DNA of 64,000 bases, taken from assembly GCF_009914755.1 (NCBI RefSeq), contig NC_060925.1, one strand, 5' to 3'. The notes beneath the pieces were generated by a model. It did no database searches. It worked only from the letters and a program-made list of their open reading frames with translations, and was not told where the DNA came from. Source of the DNA: the human T2T-CHM13v2.0 reference genome, Homo sapiens. How positions within the stretch are numbered: position 1 is the first letter of the stretch; each line of letters starts with the position of its first letter. Position numbers and translations under genes: made by a program. Of the stretch, positions 33,775 through 49,800 are shown one piece after another.

Positions 33775-34510
33775 TAGGTATTTTCATTTGCACAATGGCA
33801 TTTTAAAACTGGTGTTTTATTAGGTGTGGCACCACTGGGTTGCCAATTTTCGTAGCCTGAAGAAAAAATTAGATGGCCCTCAACCCGGGGTAGCAAGTTG
33901 AAGAGGATGCTGACATTTGGCAAAATTTGGAGTTTTAATAAGAAGAGTCAGCACAGAAGCTGGGATGCTACAGAGAGTAACTAGGGTGCTGGCTTGCCAG
34001 GACCACTGTCAGGTAAATCAACTTCTATCATGAGGAAACCACGTAAAAGTGACCACGTAAGAAGGCTGGAACAACCCTGCTGCAATGGCAGACCCACGCA
34101 CTTCAAAGAACAGATAGCAAAGGCTAGAAGGGTAAAAGGAATAGTTTGCTCAATTCATGGGATATTGTCAGTTTACCACTCATATCAAAAGCTCATCCAG
34201 ATATCACCAAGAAACACAGATGTCAAAATTTTTTAAAAGACCTTTCAAGATTCTTGTAGAATTGTGTGATACCTTCTAAAATAAATCTTTTCAGGAAGGG
34301 AAATGTCCCCTCTTCAGTATACGGAATAAAGTCTCTGTGATTATGAAATTCCATAGAGGCATATTACATATTAAGTAATGAAGAAGGCTAGCCCTCCCAG
34401 GGCACCATCCCCAAATAGCTGCGTCTAGTGAGAAACTAAAGGGAAACGTAATCTATACTATAAAGCAAGCCATAATGCCAAACTAATTAGTATACTTCCT
34501 AACATCACTA

Positions 34511-34916
<406 letters not shown>

Positions 34917-35862
34917 CTACTTATTGTCTTCATTTTGGTCTGCTTACACATGATACCATGGTTGTCCACCTGGTTTTCAGTTGTAATTCAATTTTGATAC
35001 CTCCTTAAATTAGATGAATTAATTGGTTACATTTATAGAGCCTGTAAACCATGCCAGACTTGCGCTTACTCCTATAATAATTACTTAGATTCCATAGGTC
35101 TGTCATAGAAGAAACTATCCTCAGTGAATAGTAGGTGGAAAAAGAAAATGGTTTGAACAGAAGGAAAACCCTTTAAACATGCCTGCTAAAGATAATGAGC
35201 TTATTCTGCTTCCAAATGCATCAGTAACGTAAAATATGAGAGCTTTCAGTTACATTATATGCAGGTGGGGTAGAAGAGATAATTGCTTAAAAATAAGCGT
35301 ATGCGAATCACTGTTCTTTTCCTTCAGACTAAGTCATATATTAAGTGATATTTACCAAAAACAGGCTTGCTTAGTTTGGAAGATTGTAAAGAGGAAACTC
35401 TTTTTTAACTTTAGCACGTCACACAGAACTTCCCTTCATGCCCTTCCCTAAGTCCCTACATTCCTCCTTTTACCTCTAATCTAAACCTGGTCCCCTAGAA
35501 AAGGGTTTGAAACTTATTTACACTAAGGTTCAAAATGAAAAGAGTCGTGTTTCCCCTTGCGCGATTATTTTCATCATGTCTAGGATTAGAGTCCTCAATG
35601 GAGTGTAGATGGTGTGATTTTAGACATCAGCAAGATGGGACTGATGACGTTGTCACTTTGGAGTAGCTTGTCCGATGCACATCAGGTAAGCAAGTGCATC
35701 GCTGTCGGAGAATGGCTTGGTCCTGTCGTGGAGGTCCCAGGCCAGGATGCTGGACACCCTCCCTGTCGCTTTCTTCTGCTAGCATAGACCAGAATATAAG
35801 CTAGTGAGATGCTTCCTCAGAGAAAATGTTGAGATGGACTAATTCAGATGCTTTGCTCCCTA

Positions 35863-35938
35863 AGCATCCTCACAGCCCCGTCTAATACATGCCCCATGAC
35901 AGCCTCCTCAGAGTCCCATCTAACACATGCTCCATGAG
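35863..35938. repeat. 38-bp tandem duplication, 2 diverged copies
   Basis: agcatcctcacagccccgtctaatacatgccccatgac / agcctcctcagagtcccatctaacacatgctccatgag. Confidence 0.8.
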
Positions 35939-36560
35939 ATAGAATTGTTTCTAGATGACATTATCAATAACAACCCACTGTTTGGTGGCATTATGTGCAT
36001 CTGACATGCCCAGAATGAGCTTTCCTTCACTCTCTAAGTATCTCATAAAATCAGCTAGATCCATTTTTTTGGTTCTTTATCCTGTGCTTGTCATGTCCTA
36101 GAACTATGTGATGGGCTTTGGGTTCACACTTGGTGACCTTACATTCATGTTAGCAGTGTTGCGAATTGGCAGTTTACAAGTGCTCTTGACTTCAGACTTC
36201 TCAGTTTTCTAAATCATTTGCTTTTAATAAAGGGCTAAGGAAGAACACGTGGCAGATGAGAACGCTGCTTTGCCCATTGACTTGCAAAATCTATTACCCT
36301 CTTGGCAATTGATAACCAGTTTGCTTGAAAAGGAAAACCATTGGTTGGAGTTGTTTGCAGAACAACTCTGTTCCCTTCCTTAGTGAGGGACCAGCTATGT
36401 ACTTCTTAGGAAACAGTGAAAAATGAAAATGCACAATTTCTTGTATAAAAATTATTTCAAGACAGCAAAGCATTAAAGCAACCACAGAGCCCTTCTAAGG
36501 GTGGCGCCCCATCTGACATCTGACTGCCCAAATGCACACCTATGCCCTGCTTTGGTGTAA

Positions 36561-36856
<296 letters not shown>

Positions 36857-37207
36857 TGGTGTAAACTTTATATTTTCTATAGTTAAATGGAAAAGTATTT
36901 CCGAAATGTTTTGAATGCCCTGGGACATGGATAGGAAATGCCAGTGTGGTCATTTAAGAGTGTGAAACTTCTTATACAGTTACTATCAGTGTGAGTAGAA
37001 CCTCAAGTGGAATTACAAATACTTAAAATGGGATACTGTTCTCCAACCTGTTTCTCACCTCTGTACTCGTATCCTATTTACTATCAACCTATTTTCTTCA
37101 ATGGCTAATCTTATACTGCCTAACAATATGTCTATTTTATACCATTAATTTTTTGATATTTGCATATTGGTCTTTTTTTTTTTTTTTTTAGTTAACCACT
37201 CGGTGTT

Positions 37208-37308
37208 GGTCCTCATATCTGGATTAGTGTCCTCATATATGGTATAGCTCTCATATCTGGTATGGTCCTCATATGGGATTAGTGTCCTCATATCTGGTAT
37301 AGCTCTCA
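37208..37308. repeat. Small higher-order tandem repeat (56-bp unit built from ~18-20-bp subunits)
   Basis: ctcatat core x5; ggtcctcatat..ggattagtgtcctcatat.tggtatagctctca occurs at 37208 and 37264. Confidence 0.85.
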
Positions 37309-38374
37309 CTTTCAACAAGCCACACTGCCTTTCCCCTCTTTGTGTCTCCATAAGTATTTGCTGACTTGTTGCATCATTACCTTTGGAACAGACATGGAAA
37401 TAAGAACTTAGCCTAGTAAAGTAATAAACATGTTTTCTTGCATAACTTGAGTTGATCATTGTAGGTAATAAAACCCCGCTCTGAATACCTCAAAGCAAAA
37501 AGAGAGAGACAGAGAGAGAGAGAGAAATTTTATTTGTTTAGACAGTCAAACCTCAGAAGGGCAAGAGTGGAACTTACTTGTGGAAGTCCTGAATGCAGAA
37601 TTCTACCTGCTGTGAGTGTGGTTAGTCAGCCACATGTGTCTGTACCTGTCCCTTCCGTGATCCATGTGTCTTTTCAAATGTCCTCTCTCTATTCTTTCTC
37701 CTCCTTTTTCCTCTTCTTTCTCTCACCCTTTCTTCCCAACCCACCACCCCTCTGTAGCTTAGCTTTAACTTCCCAGCTAGGCTGTTTCTTAGCTGTCAGC
37801 CACTGCCATGGCTTATATTCTCATAACCCAGGAGGACAGAGCAGTTTCCATATCCATCTGCAAAAATACCAGGGAGGAACTCCAAATGAATTGTGTCCAT
37901 CTCTGGATCAGCCCTGGTGGTACCGTGGTTAGCTTAGCAGTTCACAAACCTGATCCTGAAGCAAGAGAAGAGTGTTACCATGATCAACAGTTCCCTTCAG
38001 AGCAGTGTTTTTGAAGGAAGAACAGTTTCCCCAAAAAAGTAAACAATAATCTGGCCTAATTTATTAAGCCTTTAAAATCACCCATGTGATTAGCAAAATG
38101 TCTTAGCATGGTAGAAATAACCTGAAAGATGGTGTTAATGGTGTCCTTGAAATTTTTCTGATAGAATTTTCCTTGGAATAGTTTGGTGTATATAGATTGA
38201 AAAATATCGTTAAGGTTTTAAATCCTGTATTAATCTTTCTTATGCCACTATTTCTAATTTGCGTCTGATTACAGAGTGATAATAATAACTCTATTTTCTT
38301 GCTTCATCCTGATGACGCATGTGATTTGGTTGATATATTTCTCAAAATAGTGAATTTCTACACATCCGTGTCGG

Positions 38375-38575
38375 ATAGGGCTTCTGTCTTTCTAGTCAAT
38401 GTGTTTGGATTTTTAAGCTCTGCCACTTACTGGCTCCAGAATCGTAGAAAATCAATTAGTTTTCAAGAGTCAGTTTCCTAATCTGTAAAAGAGAAATGAT
38501 AATACAGTCTTGCAGTGTTATCATGTAGACTAAATGACATAACGTATTTGAAGTATATAGCACAGTATCTACCTT
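38375..38575 (+). mobile_element. MIR
   Basis: gctctgccacttactggct...tcagtttcctaatctgtaaaagagaaatgataata. Confidence 0.75.
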
Positions 38576-39004
38576 CTGAATGCCTATACTGTTTTTCCAT
38601 CATTTAATAAAAATGGTATCCTGGTCATGGCTCCCTACAAGGTGACATAACATTGCTAAGGCACACTGACCATCTTAAGAACATAGTCTGTAAACACAAA
38701 GTATTATTGTGACTCAGTTACATTCTTGGTTAGACAAAATATCTTGGTTGTGAGTCCAAGGATGAACTTTTGTTTGAAAATGTTCATGTAACCTACCCCT
38801 CCATATCTACACTAGGTGATACAATAGACACAGATCAAGTGATCTTGTCACGAATCAGAAAAATTATTTTTTCATCTACTTGGAACTAGACATGTACAAT
38901 TGTTAATAAGAAATCCTCCTTTTTTGAAAAAACAATCTAGACTTGTCATCACTGAGCAACACAAAACATGTGCAAGTATGCATTTTTTAAAATTTCAATT
39001 TGTA

Positions 39005-39407
<403 letters not shown>

Positions 39408-40764
39408 TCACAGAGCACAGTTGTAGTGGGTAAGGAAATAGGCAATCTTCATCTCTTATTTTCAGGAAGGCATTGGCATGACTGTCACCTAGCCACTAAT
39501 GAGGCTCTGTGGAGCTAGGATAACAAGAGCTGTATTAATTAAAAGAAAGAGATACAGATTGACTAAGAATGTGTGTCTTTTTTTTACCCTGATTGAGAGG
39601 CTATGGTCTAGGTCCTGGGAAAGGAGGGTTAGGCTTCCAGAACAACATCACTTCTCTGTTGTAAGTTGCGCTCAGTTTTCAGGATGAGTGTTCAGCTATA
39701 TAACCATGTGAAGCTACCTGTGATTATTCACTCATTCCATATGGAGTCGTACTGGACACTGAGACGTTCAAGTATGTTAAATGAAGGTCTCCTCTTCTTT
39801 GAGCTAGCAGTATAGCACTGGTTGGTGTATCATGCAGTGGGAGGAACCAGGAGCAGGGACTAAGGAATTCTGCCCAGAGGACTTTTGACCTAGAACGTGG
39901 AGCAAGTGTAGGATTTTCACAGACAGTCCAGAGAGCTAAGGGCTTTTAGGCAAGAAGATCTGGCTCTGGCCACTGGGCCCCCAGCCTCATAGTGTGTATT
40001 GTGGCCTATCATTATTTCATTTTTAGTTGGCCTGAGACATTTTAATTTAATAAATCATGACATTAGTAAGGGTTATGTTTAAAGTATTGTCTAACTTAAT
40101 TTACTGGTTTATTTTACTTTGAGACAGGTAGTCTTTGATGATCCAAGAGAAAGGATAGCTACTTCTCTAATTGCACAAGCATGTGGCAGTCACGTCTTGT
40201 TTCAGCCCAGCTGAAACCTGTAATTAGAGGAAAATAATTTGAATGTTTATCCTTAGAAGGTTATGCGTTACATTGGCGAGCCCCTCGTGCCTTGTTAACA
40301 TTTCTTTTTCCGTAATTTGTATTCAAGTGATTTGTATTCAAGTGAACTACATGTTCAGATTTATGTATGATATTATTGGAGTAAGTTTAAGAAGGAAGAG
40401 ACCATTTTCAAAGAAATTGAAAATACATCTGAAGAATGGAGATAAGGAAAGTTTACTCTTATGGAATAACGTACTTGCTGGATACGTAAGTGAAACTGCC
40501 TCTTGGACTGCAAGGTAGCATTCTTGCATTGCATGATAAATGAATTTGGCCAACCATTCACTCTTTTCATTCAGGCATCAATTTTTAGAAAAATGACCCA
40601 TAAAGAAATCCTCTTCTCAGTGCCAACTTTCTGTAACCAAAGGTTTGGCAGAAGAGTCGACAAACAGGACAGTCAAAATAGTGGCCAATGGAGGCCGAGG
40701 GTGTGAGAAGATTTAGCTGTATTCATGAATTGGAGTAACGCATACACATTAAGACAGTAAGTAA

Positions 40765-41510
40765 TGCATTCAACAACTTTTTATGATATGTATGCCCTAC
40801 TATATGCCAGGCAACATTCCTGGCCATGTGGATCTTTTCTCTTCTCATGAGAGAAACAGACAACAAAAAGTAAGCGCATATTTAAGTTACAAGCTGAAAT
40901 CAGTGCTATGAGGAAAATAAACAGGGAGTCATCTTGCAGAATCCAACGGGAGGAGGTTCATTTAGAGAGGTTGGTCAGAGGAGGCCTTTCTGAAGAGGCA
41001 GCATTGCTGTGGACACCTAAAGAATTCAAGGGAACAGCCCCATGAAGGGGCACAGTGGGGAGGGTGTAATGTGCTGTATGAGCATTCCGGGTAGATGGTA
41101 AGGATGTTCACGGCAATGTGGCAGGAAAGATTAAGCACTTTCCAAGAAAGATGGGGGCCATGCAATGAATTTGATAAAGCAAGCTGAGTCCTGAGCATTC
41201 AGGCCCTGGTAGGTCATGGTAAACATTGACTTTTATTGTGCATTCAATAGGAAGCCATCAAAGGGTTTTTTTTTTTTTTTTTCCGGAGAGAAAATAACCT
41301 TATATGATACATGTAATGAGAAGATTATTGGCTGCCAAATGGGTAGTAAATTGGAGAGTGGAGAGTGCTAGTAAAAAGCAAGTTAGGAAGTTATTTTAGT
41401 GACCTAATTGAGAGCTAGGACTCTGCAGACTGGGGTGAAGGCAGTAAAGATTGTGGAAAATAGGTGAATTTGAGATATATTTTGGAGGAAAATCTACATA
41501 GATTTGCTGT
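40765..41510 (-). mobile_element. L2 3' region
   Basis: cattcaacaa...cctactatatgccaggca...aataggaagccatcaaagggtttt...gatatattttggagg. Confidence 0.75.
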
Positions 41511-42959
41511 TCACAGGCTCCTGGATGAACCAGTTTTTGGAATCAGAAAATTGTAAATGTCAGCTCAGATACTGAAAAGCTAATATTCACTAGGATGCTA
41601 GAGATCAAGAAAACAAGAAAACAGATTTCTCCTTTCTTCTAAAATGCTGTAGAAAAAGAGCTGAGGAAAGATATGAAAACCAGGATATTAAGATATTTAC
41701 TTTGTAAAATTTAGTTCTTTTTAAAAAATGGAAAGCCCTAACGTGAAGATTAGCTGGGAAAGGGCTTTGCATTTGCTTCTTTATCTTGCCGTGTTCCAAG
41801 AGGTGTTTTTAAAACTTTGGGAAATCTTCAAAATCCTCAATTCAAAAACTGAAGAAACTCTCAGTAGGTAGTTCTAGAGAATCCGGACCAAGAGCTAAAA
41901 ACGTGGCTTGTCCAAAGATGTTTTTAGTTTGGTAAGGATTTGAACATTGTAGCATCTTTTAATGAGTGTGTAGACACTTGTAAGGTATCTGAGCAGTTTT
42001 TAATTCCCCTTTAGCATTTGCTAAAAGGGTTTTTTGATGTCATAGCAAAGTTTGCAGTAGAACTATCCTGGATCAAAATATACTTCCTGGAGTGAAGATA
42101 TTTAAAGTTACTCTTTTAAAAAATAACATCATGTGGCTTATGTGGGCCGAAAACAAGATCCTATTCAAGCTAGATGACGTTATTTTTTCAGGGGCAATTT
42201 TTAATTTCTTTAGGATACTTTCAAATGGTTATAATTTGCTAGAGGAAGTACAGACCTGTTGAATTTGAATAATATCAAATTAACAAATTGTTAGGTTTGC
42301 GTGGACTTCTGCTAGAGCCTGGATTTTTAAGAAAATCAAAAACGTAAGGAGCCAAAGGCTTCCCCATGGCTCAGTCCCACCATGACATGCTCCAGGCTAA
42401 CTCTCACACCTTTGGGCAAAGGAATTTCCACATTCACACACTCCTCCTGCTCGACTTTAGGATTTCAGCTTCACACACTACCCCTGTTCCCATTAGGGGG
42501 AGTGGAGCTTTAGAAAAATTGAAGGTGTTTCTTCTGCACTTAAACATTAGCAGCCTTAGGGCAAATGGATAATCAAAGACTATTCCTGAGAGATGAGGGA
42601 AGAGATTGCCTCCACCTAGAGGTATCGATCCCTACGGCAGGGTTGAAGCTAACAACAGATGTTAGACCAAGACATGTTAGTGGTTATTTTATTTGACAGA
42701 CAGCAATTCGCTCACCTGGTTTTGGCTGCTGGACTCTGGTTAAGGTTTAGAAGCAGCTGTAATGAGACGTTAAGCTCAGTTTTAAAAGGAATTATTTGTG
42801 AAAGCATGTGCTGGGTCTGTGTGTGTTGGGGGATGTTGGGAGGTTGGATACCAAGAATGGACATCCGTATTGAGGTACTTTGAGAATATATATTTCAATA
42901 TAGGACCTACAAAAAATAAGATAATATTCAGGTATCTTGGACAGAGAATGAAAAGAAAA

Positions 42960-43465
42960 TGGTCCTAAAAAATGTAAGTAGAATGGCCAGTAAACACATG
43001 AAAAGATATTCCACATTGTTAGTCCTCAGGGAAATGCAAATCAAAACCAAAGTGAGATATACTTCATACTCACTAGGAAGGCTGTGGTAAAAAACACAGA
43101 CAGTAACGAGTGTTGCAGATGATGAGAATGTACGGAACTCTCATACTTTGCTGGTGGAAATACAAAATGGCTTTTGCCATTATTTTTATGGCAAAAACTG
43201 CAATTACTTTTGCACCAACCTAATACGTGGGGCCTGAACGTAGATTCGTCTTTGTGAGGAGCTGGAGTCTTGGGGTACAGAGGGAGGAAAATGGAGAGTG
43301 ACTACTAATGAAGTTTCTCTTGCGGGGGGTACAAAATGCCCTAAACTTAGATGGTTTTAGAGGAGTGCACAAACCTACGCGTCTACTCAAAAAAAGTTGA
43401 CGTTCACTTTCAGTGAGTGAATTGTACGGCATGTGAATGATAGCTCAGTCAGGCTGTTCTGGAAG
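42960..43465 (+). mobile_element. L1MB/ME-type 3' fragment with an internal deletion
   Basis: aaacacatgaaaagatattccacattgttagtcctcagggaaatgcaaatcaaaacc (ORF2 C-terminus) followed by the terminal 3' UTR. Confidence 0.8.
43172..43225. mobile_element. MADE1 (Hsmar1 MITE), left arm truncated
   Basis: ttttgccattatttttatggcaaaaactgcaattacttttgcaccaacctaa followed by TA. Confidence 0.9.
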
Positions 43466-44100
43466 GAAGAAGAATTAAGTAGAATTCACACATTAGAGTT
43501 GCATCAGAGTTCTAAGCATGAGAGTGGACCACAGTTGAACATACTGACAACCTTCAGTGATCGTTATTCAGAGTGTTCACAGTTTTGAAAAATCTAACAT
43601 CGGTCCCTCTTCTTCCTGCCTGGTACAACTCCTGCTACTTCCCCTGTACCCGAGTAATTTTGTATGTACCCAAGAAAACAAACCTTGAAACTACAAACAT
43701 GAGTATTAGCTAACAGAATTTGGGAGATAAATCTGCTGGAAAAAGCTATTAAAAAATTGCACAGCTCATTCCAGAATCAAAAAAGACCATCATCAACTTA
43801 GATAATTAGTCATTTGCAGTAGTTTGACTCTGTAGTGATGAAATAGGCTGGTGCTTTCCCTGTGTAAACCCACTTCACGAACTCTAAGTCATGTTTTAAA
43901 AATATACACACATGCAAAAAATACTATATGTATGCATATATATGTGTGTGTGTATGTGTTTTGAACAATTATTCATCTATTGTGAATAAACTTTTTCAAA
44001 TCTAATCTCCATGGGAAGAGTCCTATTATTCAAGTTTCTGTAATACATAGGACCTTTATTGCTAATGGAAAGAGATAAATACTTAGAAAAAAAGAATTTG

Positions 44101-44400
<300 letters not shown>

Positions 44401-44425
44401 TCAATATGATAAAAAGTGGTTAACT

Positions 44426-44721
44426 GGCAGGGTAGGGTGGCTCACACCTGTAATCCCAGTACTTTGGGGGGCCAAGGCGGGTGGATGGCTGGAGCCTAGG
44501 AGTTGAGACCAGCCTGGGCAACATGGCAAAACCCCATCTCTACAAAAAATACAAAATTTAGTTGGGCGTGGTGGCGCCTTCCTGAATTCCCAGCTACTTG
44601 GGGGCCCGAGGTGGGAGGATCACTTGAGTCCGGGCTGTTGACGCTGCAGCAAACAGAGATAGTTCCGCTGCACTCTAGCCTAGGCGAAGAAAGTGAGACC
44701 CTGTCTCAAAAAAAAAAAAAA
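44426..44721 (+). mobile_element. AluJ
   Basis: Diverged full Alu; TSD aaaaagtggttaa. Confidence 0.9.
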
Positions 44722-45335
44722 GTGGTTAAAGTACATAAGAAGAAAATGAATTTGTCTGTCTTTGCTATGGGTGAAGATTTGCATCTTTCCCTTCTGTTTA
44801 ATGAACACTTCACCCTCTCTCCGGAATCCTTATGCCCCCTGGTACCCACTTTCCCTGCCTTTCCTGTGACTTTCTGCTTACTGACACTGGGCCCCACTCC
44901 ATGGCCTTCTGACCAAGTCACCGCTCAGGCTTTTTGCTTGCCATACAAGGTTGGCCTTAGAAACTTGAACCGTGGGCAGCTGCTAGGTCATGAGAAGAAT
45001 TTTGAGCCCGTGGAAAGGAAACTTTTGTTTAAGGCAGACAATACTAGAGACAGACCTTTGATATGGTACTTTCTAGTGAGCAGATACCCAGTGAAGATTA
45101 ACCATGCTGATGCTGAAGAACCGGCTATAGAATTACAGTGTGGTCTTGGATATTGACACTTCTAGTTCATTCAAGTTTCCATCGATTAAACCACAATCAT
45201 CATGGCAAATTAGGATCATGTAGCTTGGAGTTCTTCGGTTTGTGTGAAAATCTATTGTATACAATTTGTTCCTCCTTAAAGGGACATGTAAATTGTCATC
45301 ATCATTATTTAAATTATTACATATATATGCTATTT

Positions 45336-45635
45336 CATTTTCCAGATTTATTGAGGCTTAATTGACAAATAAAAATTATATGCATAAGGTTATACAAAGT
45401 GATGTCTTGATATACATTGTTAAGTACTTATCACAATTAAGCGTTAATATATCCATTAACTTTTTGCAGTAAGAATACTTAAGATCTTTAAGATCTGTTA
45501 TCTTAGCAGGTTTTAAGTGTACAATACATATTATTATTATTATAGGTACTGTGCTGTACATTAGGTCTTTAGACTTGTTCATTTTATAACTCAAAGTTAC
45601 AAGTATTCTTTGACCAATGTCTCCCCATTTCTCAT
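45336..45635 (-). mobile_element. L1MA-type 3' end
   Basis: tttattgaggcttaattgacaaataaaaatt...gctgtacattaggtctttagacttgttcattttataact. Confidence 0.8.
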
Positions 45636-46650
45636 ATACTTATTATAATGTCACATCAAAATTAAATTCTAAAATTCTTGGTGTTTTAGGGCCTATGATT
45701 TTGCAATTTTTAAGAGTAATAATTCTGCAGAGCCAAATAAATGAAAACAGCATTACAGCTAATATAATTCCTAAAATAATGTAAAACATTTTTGTTTTAC
45801 AATTAGGCTTTCTAATTATAACTATAATTTATTAATACATAGATTAGATTATGAATACAACAGAGGTCTGTCTGCAGAATCCCTTTGAATATTGTCTTAT
45901 GTGAAGCCTATGAGCATTTTCATTTCATTTCATTCTATTTCGATTTACTTTGCTTTTGTTTCCTAAGATCTATAATAAAACACCTAGGATCCCAGATACC
46001 TTGAATGTCTTTCTAAGTCTGAACACTTTATGTAATCAACCTCATCTGTCATTTTATCTTGTTGGTAATACTAAACATTCCCTAACTAATCTTTTAGCAT
46101 TGTCTCCATCCTCTCCCACCCGGCCCCAGCCACGTTCCACCTCCGATTGATTATAGAGGTCGCTCCCTTCCTTTAGGGCCAGCAGTGAGGCTGGCACCCA
46201 AGCGTCACATGCTCTGTAGCTAAATGAAAGAATGTGCTCCTGGCCAATGTGGCTCCGTAGCTCATTGATCTCTCTCTGGAGAAAGGCTGGTATGTCTCCT
46301 TGCACATTTCTTCTTTGAATGATTTAAAACTTGATGCTGAGCTATATAAAGTTCTGTCTGGATAGCTGTGCCTTACAGAGGGAGGGTCATCCTGAAAGAT
46401 GCCACTTCTGCCTTTACAGAAAGGGCACGCAGACCGTTCCTAGGGCAAGCCACCTCCACCATGGCGTTGTGTGGAATTAGCTAATGGTTATACCTGGCAA
46501 AGATGAAATGAAGGTTAACAGGACAACAGAGTTATCCTTGTGCTACTGTATGGTCAGAAAGGAATTCAGCCCTATCCCTTGGAGTTATATGCAGATTCAA
46601 GTTGTCTGGTTTTTTGTAAGGAAATATTAATTTTTAAAAGCATTTGTCTT

Positions 46651-47015
<365 letters not shown>

Positions 47016-47511
47016 TCATTAGGTCAGTACCAACTCTTTTTGGGCTTTACAATATTCTGCCCCTGCAGTGGTTCTGGGGATGAGCTGGGAAATGAGATGA
47101 TTGGCGTGTTCCCCAGGAGGAAATGCCAGCAAGCCATGTTAGAGAGGCCCAACTGCCTGCTCCCCAACAGGGGCCTCATCCCCTGAGTTTCATTAACCTA
47201 AAGATGACCTCTGTCTCCACTAACTTAGGAGTCACTGGGAGTAGAACTAGTAGAGCAATAGAAGAAAGTGCGCTTATAAGCCTGATATAGTAAAATAGTG
47301 GGTAGCAGCACCAGCAGTGAGACATGAAGGAAGTGTAGTGTTGGGTTTATTTTTAAATAAACAGATAGTATCTGTCATTATATTAATGATTTAGTATTTT
47401 GCTTTGTTATTTTAGCACTATTAATATTTCTCTTGTTTTATAATGGACATCTAAAGTGGGCTGCATTTACCATGACTCTGAAAAATAAAAAAACTTAAAA
47501 TTCAGTTATAT

Positions 47512-47778
<267 letters not shown>

Positions 47779-48509
47779 TTAGTTATGTAGCCATTCACTC
47801 TTTTTCAAAAGAATATATTGAATATTCATGACTTAGGCATTCATTTAGAATTTCAAATACCCAGAAGTGAAAGTTGACAGGCAAGAATCCCCACTCCTTT
47901 AATTAGTCAGAAAAAAATGGTTCAGAGATGAGCCTCTAAAATGTATTGAACAAGGAAAAAGGACAGAGGTAAAAGTACTAACTCTTTAATCTTTAAAATA
48001 TTCCAATGATCATTATATTTAGATAATATATATTTTTGCAAAAATTTTATCAGAAATAAAAGTGTATTCCTAGATCTTAACTTTACGAGACGGGTTTATT
48101 TTTTAAAATTAACCTCTAGGTTCAAATTCCTATGGCCTAAAGGTAAATATTTTTGGAAAGTGATAAAATTCCATTTGGCCACTTTAAATTTTTCCAGGTG
48201 TTCAGGGGAAGTAAATAAAATGAGGCATAAAAAGGAAAAAGTATGAAAAAGGTAGAAAAAATAGTAGAAAAAAGTATGTCATCAGTTAAGAGATTTCATC
48301 AGTTAAGAGAATTGCAGGTGCTCACAGATAACTCAGTAGCTTTCATTTTAAACATCTTACTAGCTGTAGATATTAATACATTCTTAAATTCATGTGCTGT
48401 TTTTATGACAGAAGCACTCATAATTCTATACTGAGTATGTACACAAGTTTATTTCCTACAACCTCTGATTAGTTTTCTTAATGTTTTCGTTTTACAAAGG
48501 CTGAATAAG

Positions 48510-49075
48510 GTATGTAGCAAGAGCACGTGCTTGTAGGTTAAAAAGACCTGGATTTGATGTATATCTCTGAGAGCACCCATGTAACCCTTGACAAATTAAT
48601 GTACTCTCTGAACCTGTTTCCCCATTTGTAAAATGAAGGTACTATACGCACCCAATTGCTGAAGTAAATTAAAGGAGACACAGAGTATAAAACATTTAGC
48701 ACACGCTTTCACATATAGAAACTTCTTAGTTAATGTTAGTTGCTGCCATTATCATTAATATATTAACGTTGTTTGAAAAGCAATAAACTTACTATGAGAA
48801 AGATTTAGCACTAAATAAATTCACAGAAGCCAAACCCCACATAATTCTATTCTACCAGCCACCCTTCCTTAGGTTTGTATTCCCAAACATGAATCGAAGC
48901 ATTACCAATGATAAGCCCTTTGACCTTGGGCAGTTATTTAATCTTAGTGAACTTCAGTTTTCTAATTTAAACAATCGACATATCAATCACTAAAGTACAT
49001 GGTATTGAGGCTGTTAATTATATTAAGTGTCATAGTCCCAACACAGTGCCTAGTTCATCACAGGTGCTGACTATT
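48510..49075 (+). mobile_element. Two MIR copies (~48510-48755 and ~48915-49075)
   Basis: agacctggattt...gtttccccatttgtaaaatg; tgaccttgggcagttatttaatc...aacacagtgcctag. Confidence 0.7.
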
Positions 49076-49502
49076 AAAATTAGTACCAATGGTGTTTTGG
49101 AAATTACTACTATTATTATAAATGAGCCCAGTGTTTTTCTCTCCATGAATAAAACATTGAGGAAGAACTGGACAGAATGAGGAAGAGCTTGGAAAAGGAG
49201 GAGAATGAGAGTGGGTATTAATGAAGCATAGAGATGAGGAAGAATAATGGTGCTTAAAAATGGAAGGCATAGAACACATAGAAGGTAAAAGTCACTGGAA
49301 ATAACTTCTCTATGAGGGAGTTCATATCTTTTTGTATTAGCAGCATGATCCGCCACTTAATATTTTAAAATATTCTTACCATGGAACCCTGTGCTTTCTT
49401 CACTGTGGATCCGTAGCAATCATGGCGTTTTCTCTCTTTTTTGTCTCCACCAAATCAACTCACTCTTGCTGAGCATCATTCTTCATTAAGATATGGCTTT
49501 GG

Positions 49503-49800
49503 GGCCAGGAATGGTGGCTCATGCCTTTAATCCCAGCACTTTGGGAGGCTGAGGCAGGTAGATCACTTGAGGTCAGGAGTTCAAGACCAGCCTGGCCAAC
49601 ATGGCAAAACCCCATATCTACTAAAAATACAAAAATTAGCTGGGCATGATGGTACCCACTTGTAATCCCAGCTACTCAGGAGGCTGAGGCATGAGGCTTA
49701 CTTGAACCCAGGAGGCAGAGGTTGCAATGAGCTGAGATCGCACCACTACACTTCAGCCTCGGTGATGGAGTGAGACTCTCACTCTAAAGAAAAGAATAAA
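49503..49800 (+). mobile_element. Alu (AluSx/Sz-like)
   Basis: Full Alu; TSD atatggctt. Confidence 0.93.

Noticed and set aside
40316-40345. 15-bp tandem duplication tttgtattcaagtga x2 (similar ones near 21188 and 26866)
   Set aside because: Ordinary slippage duplications with no sign of function.
43172-43225. miR-548-type precursor
   Set aside because: The left TIR is lost, leaving only a 9-bp stem.
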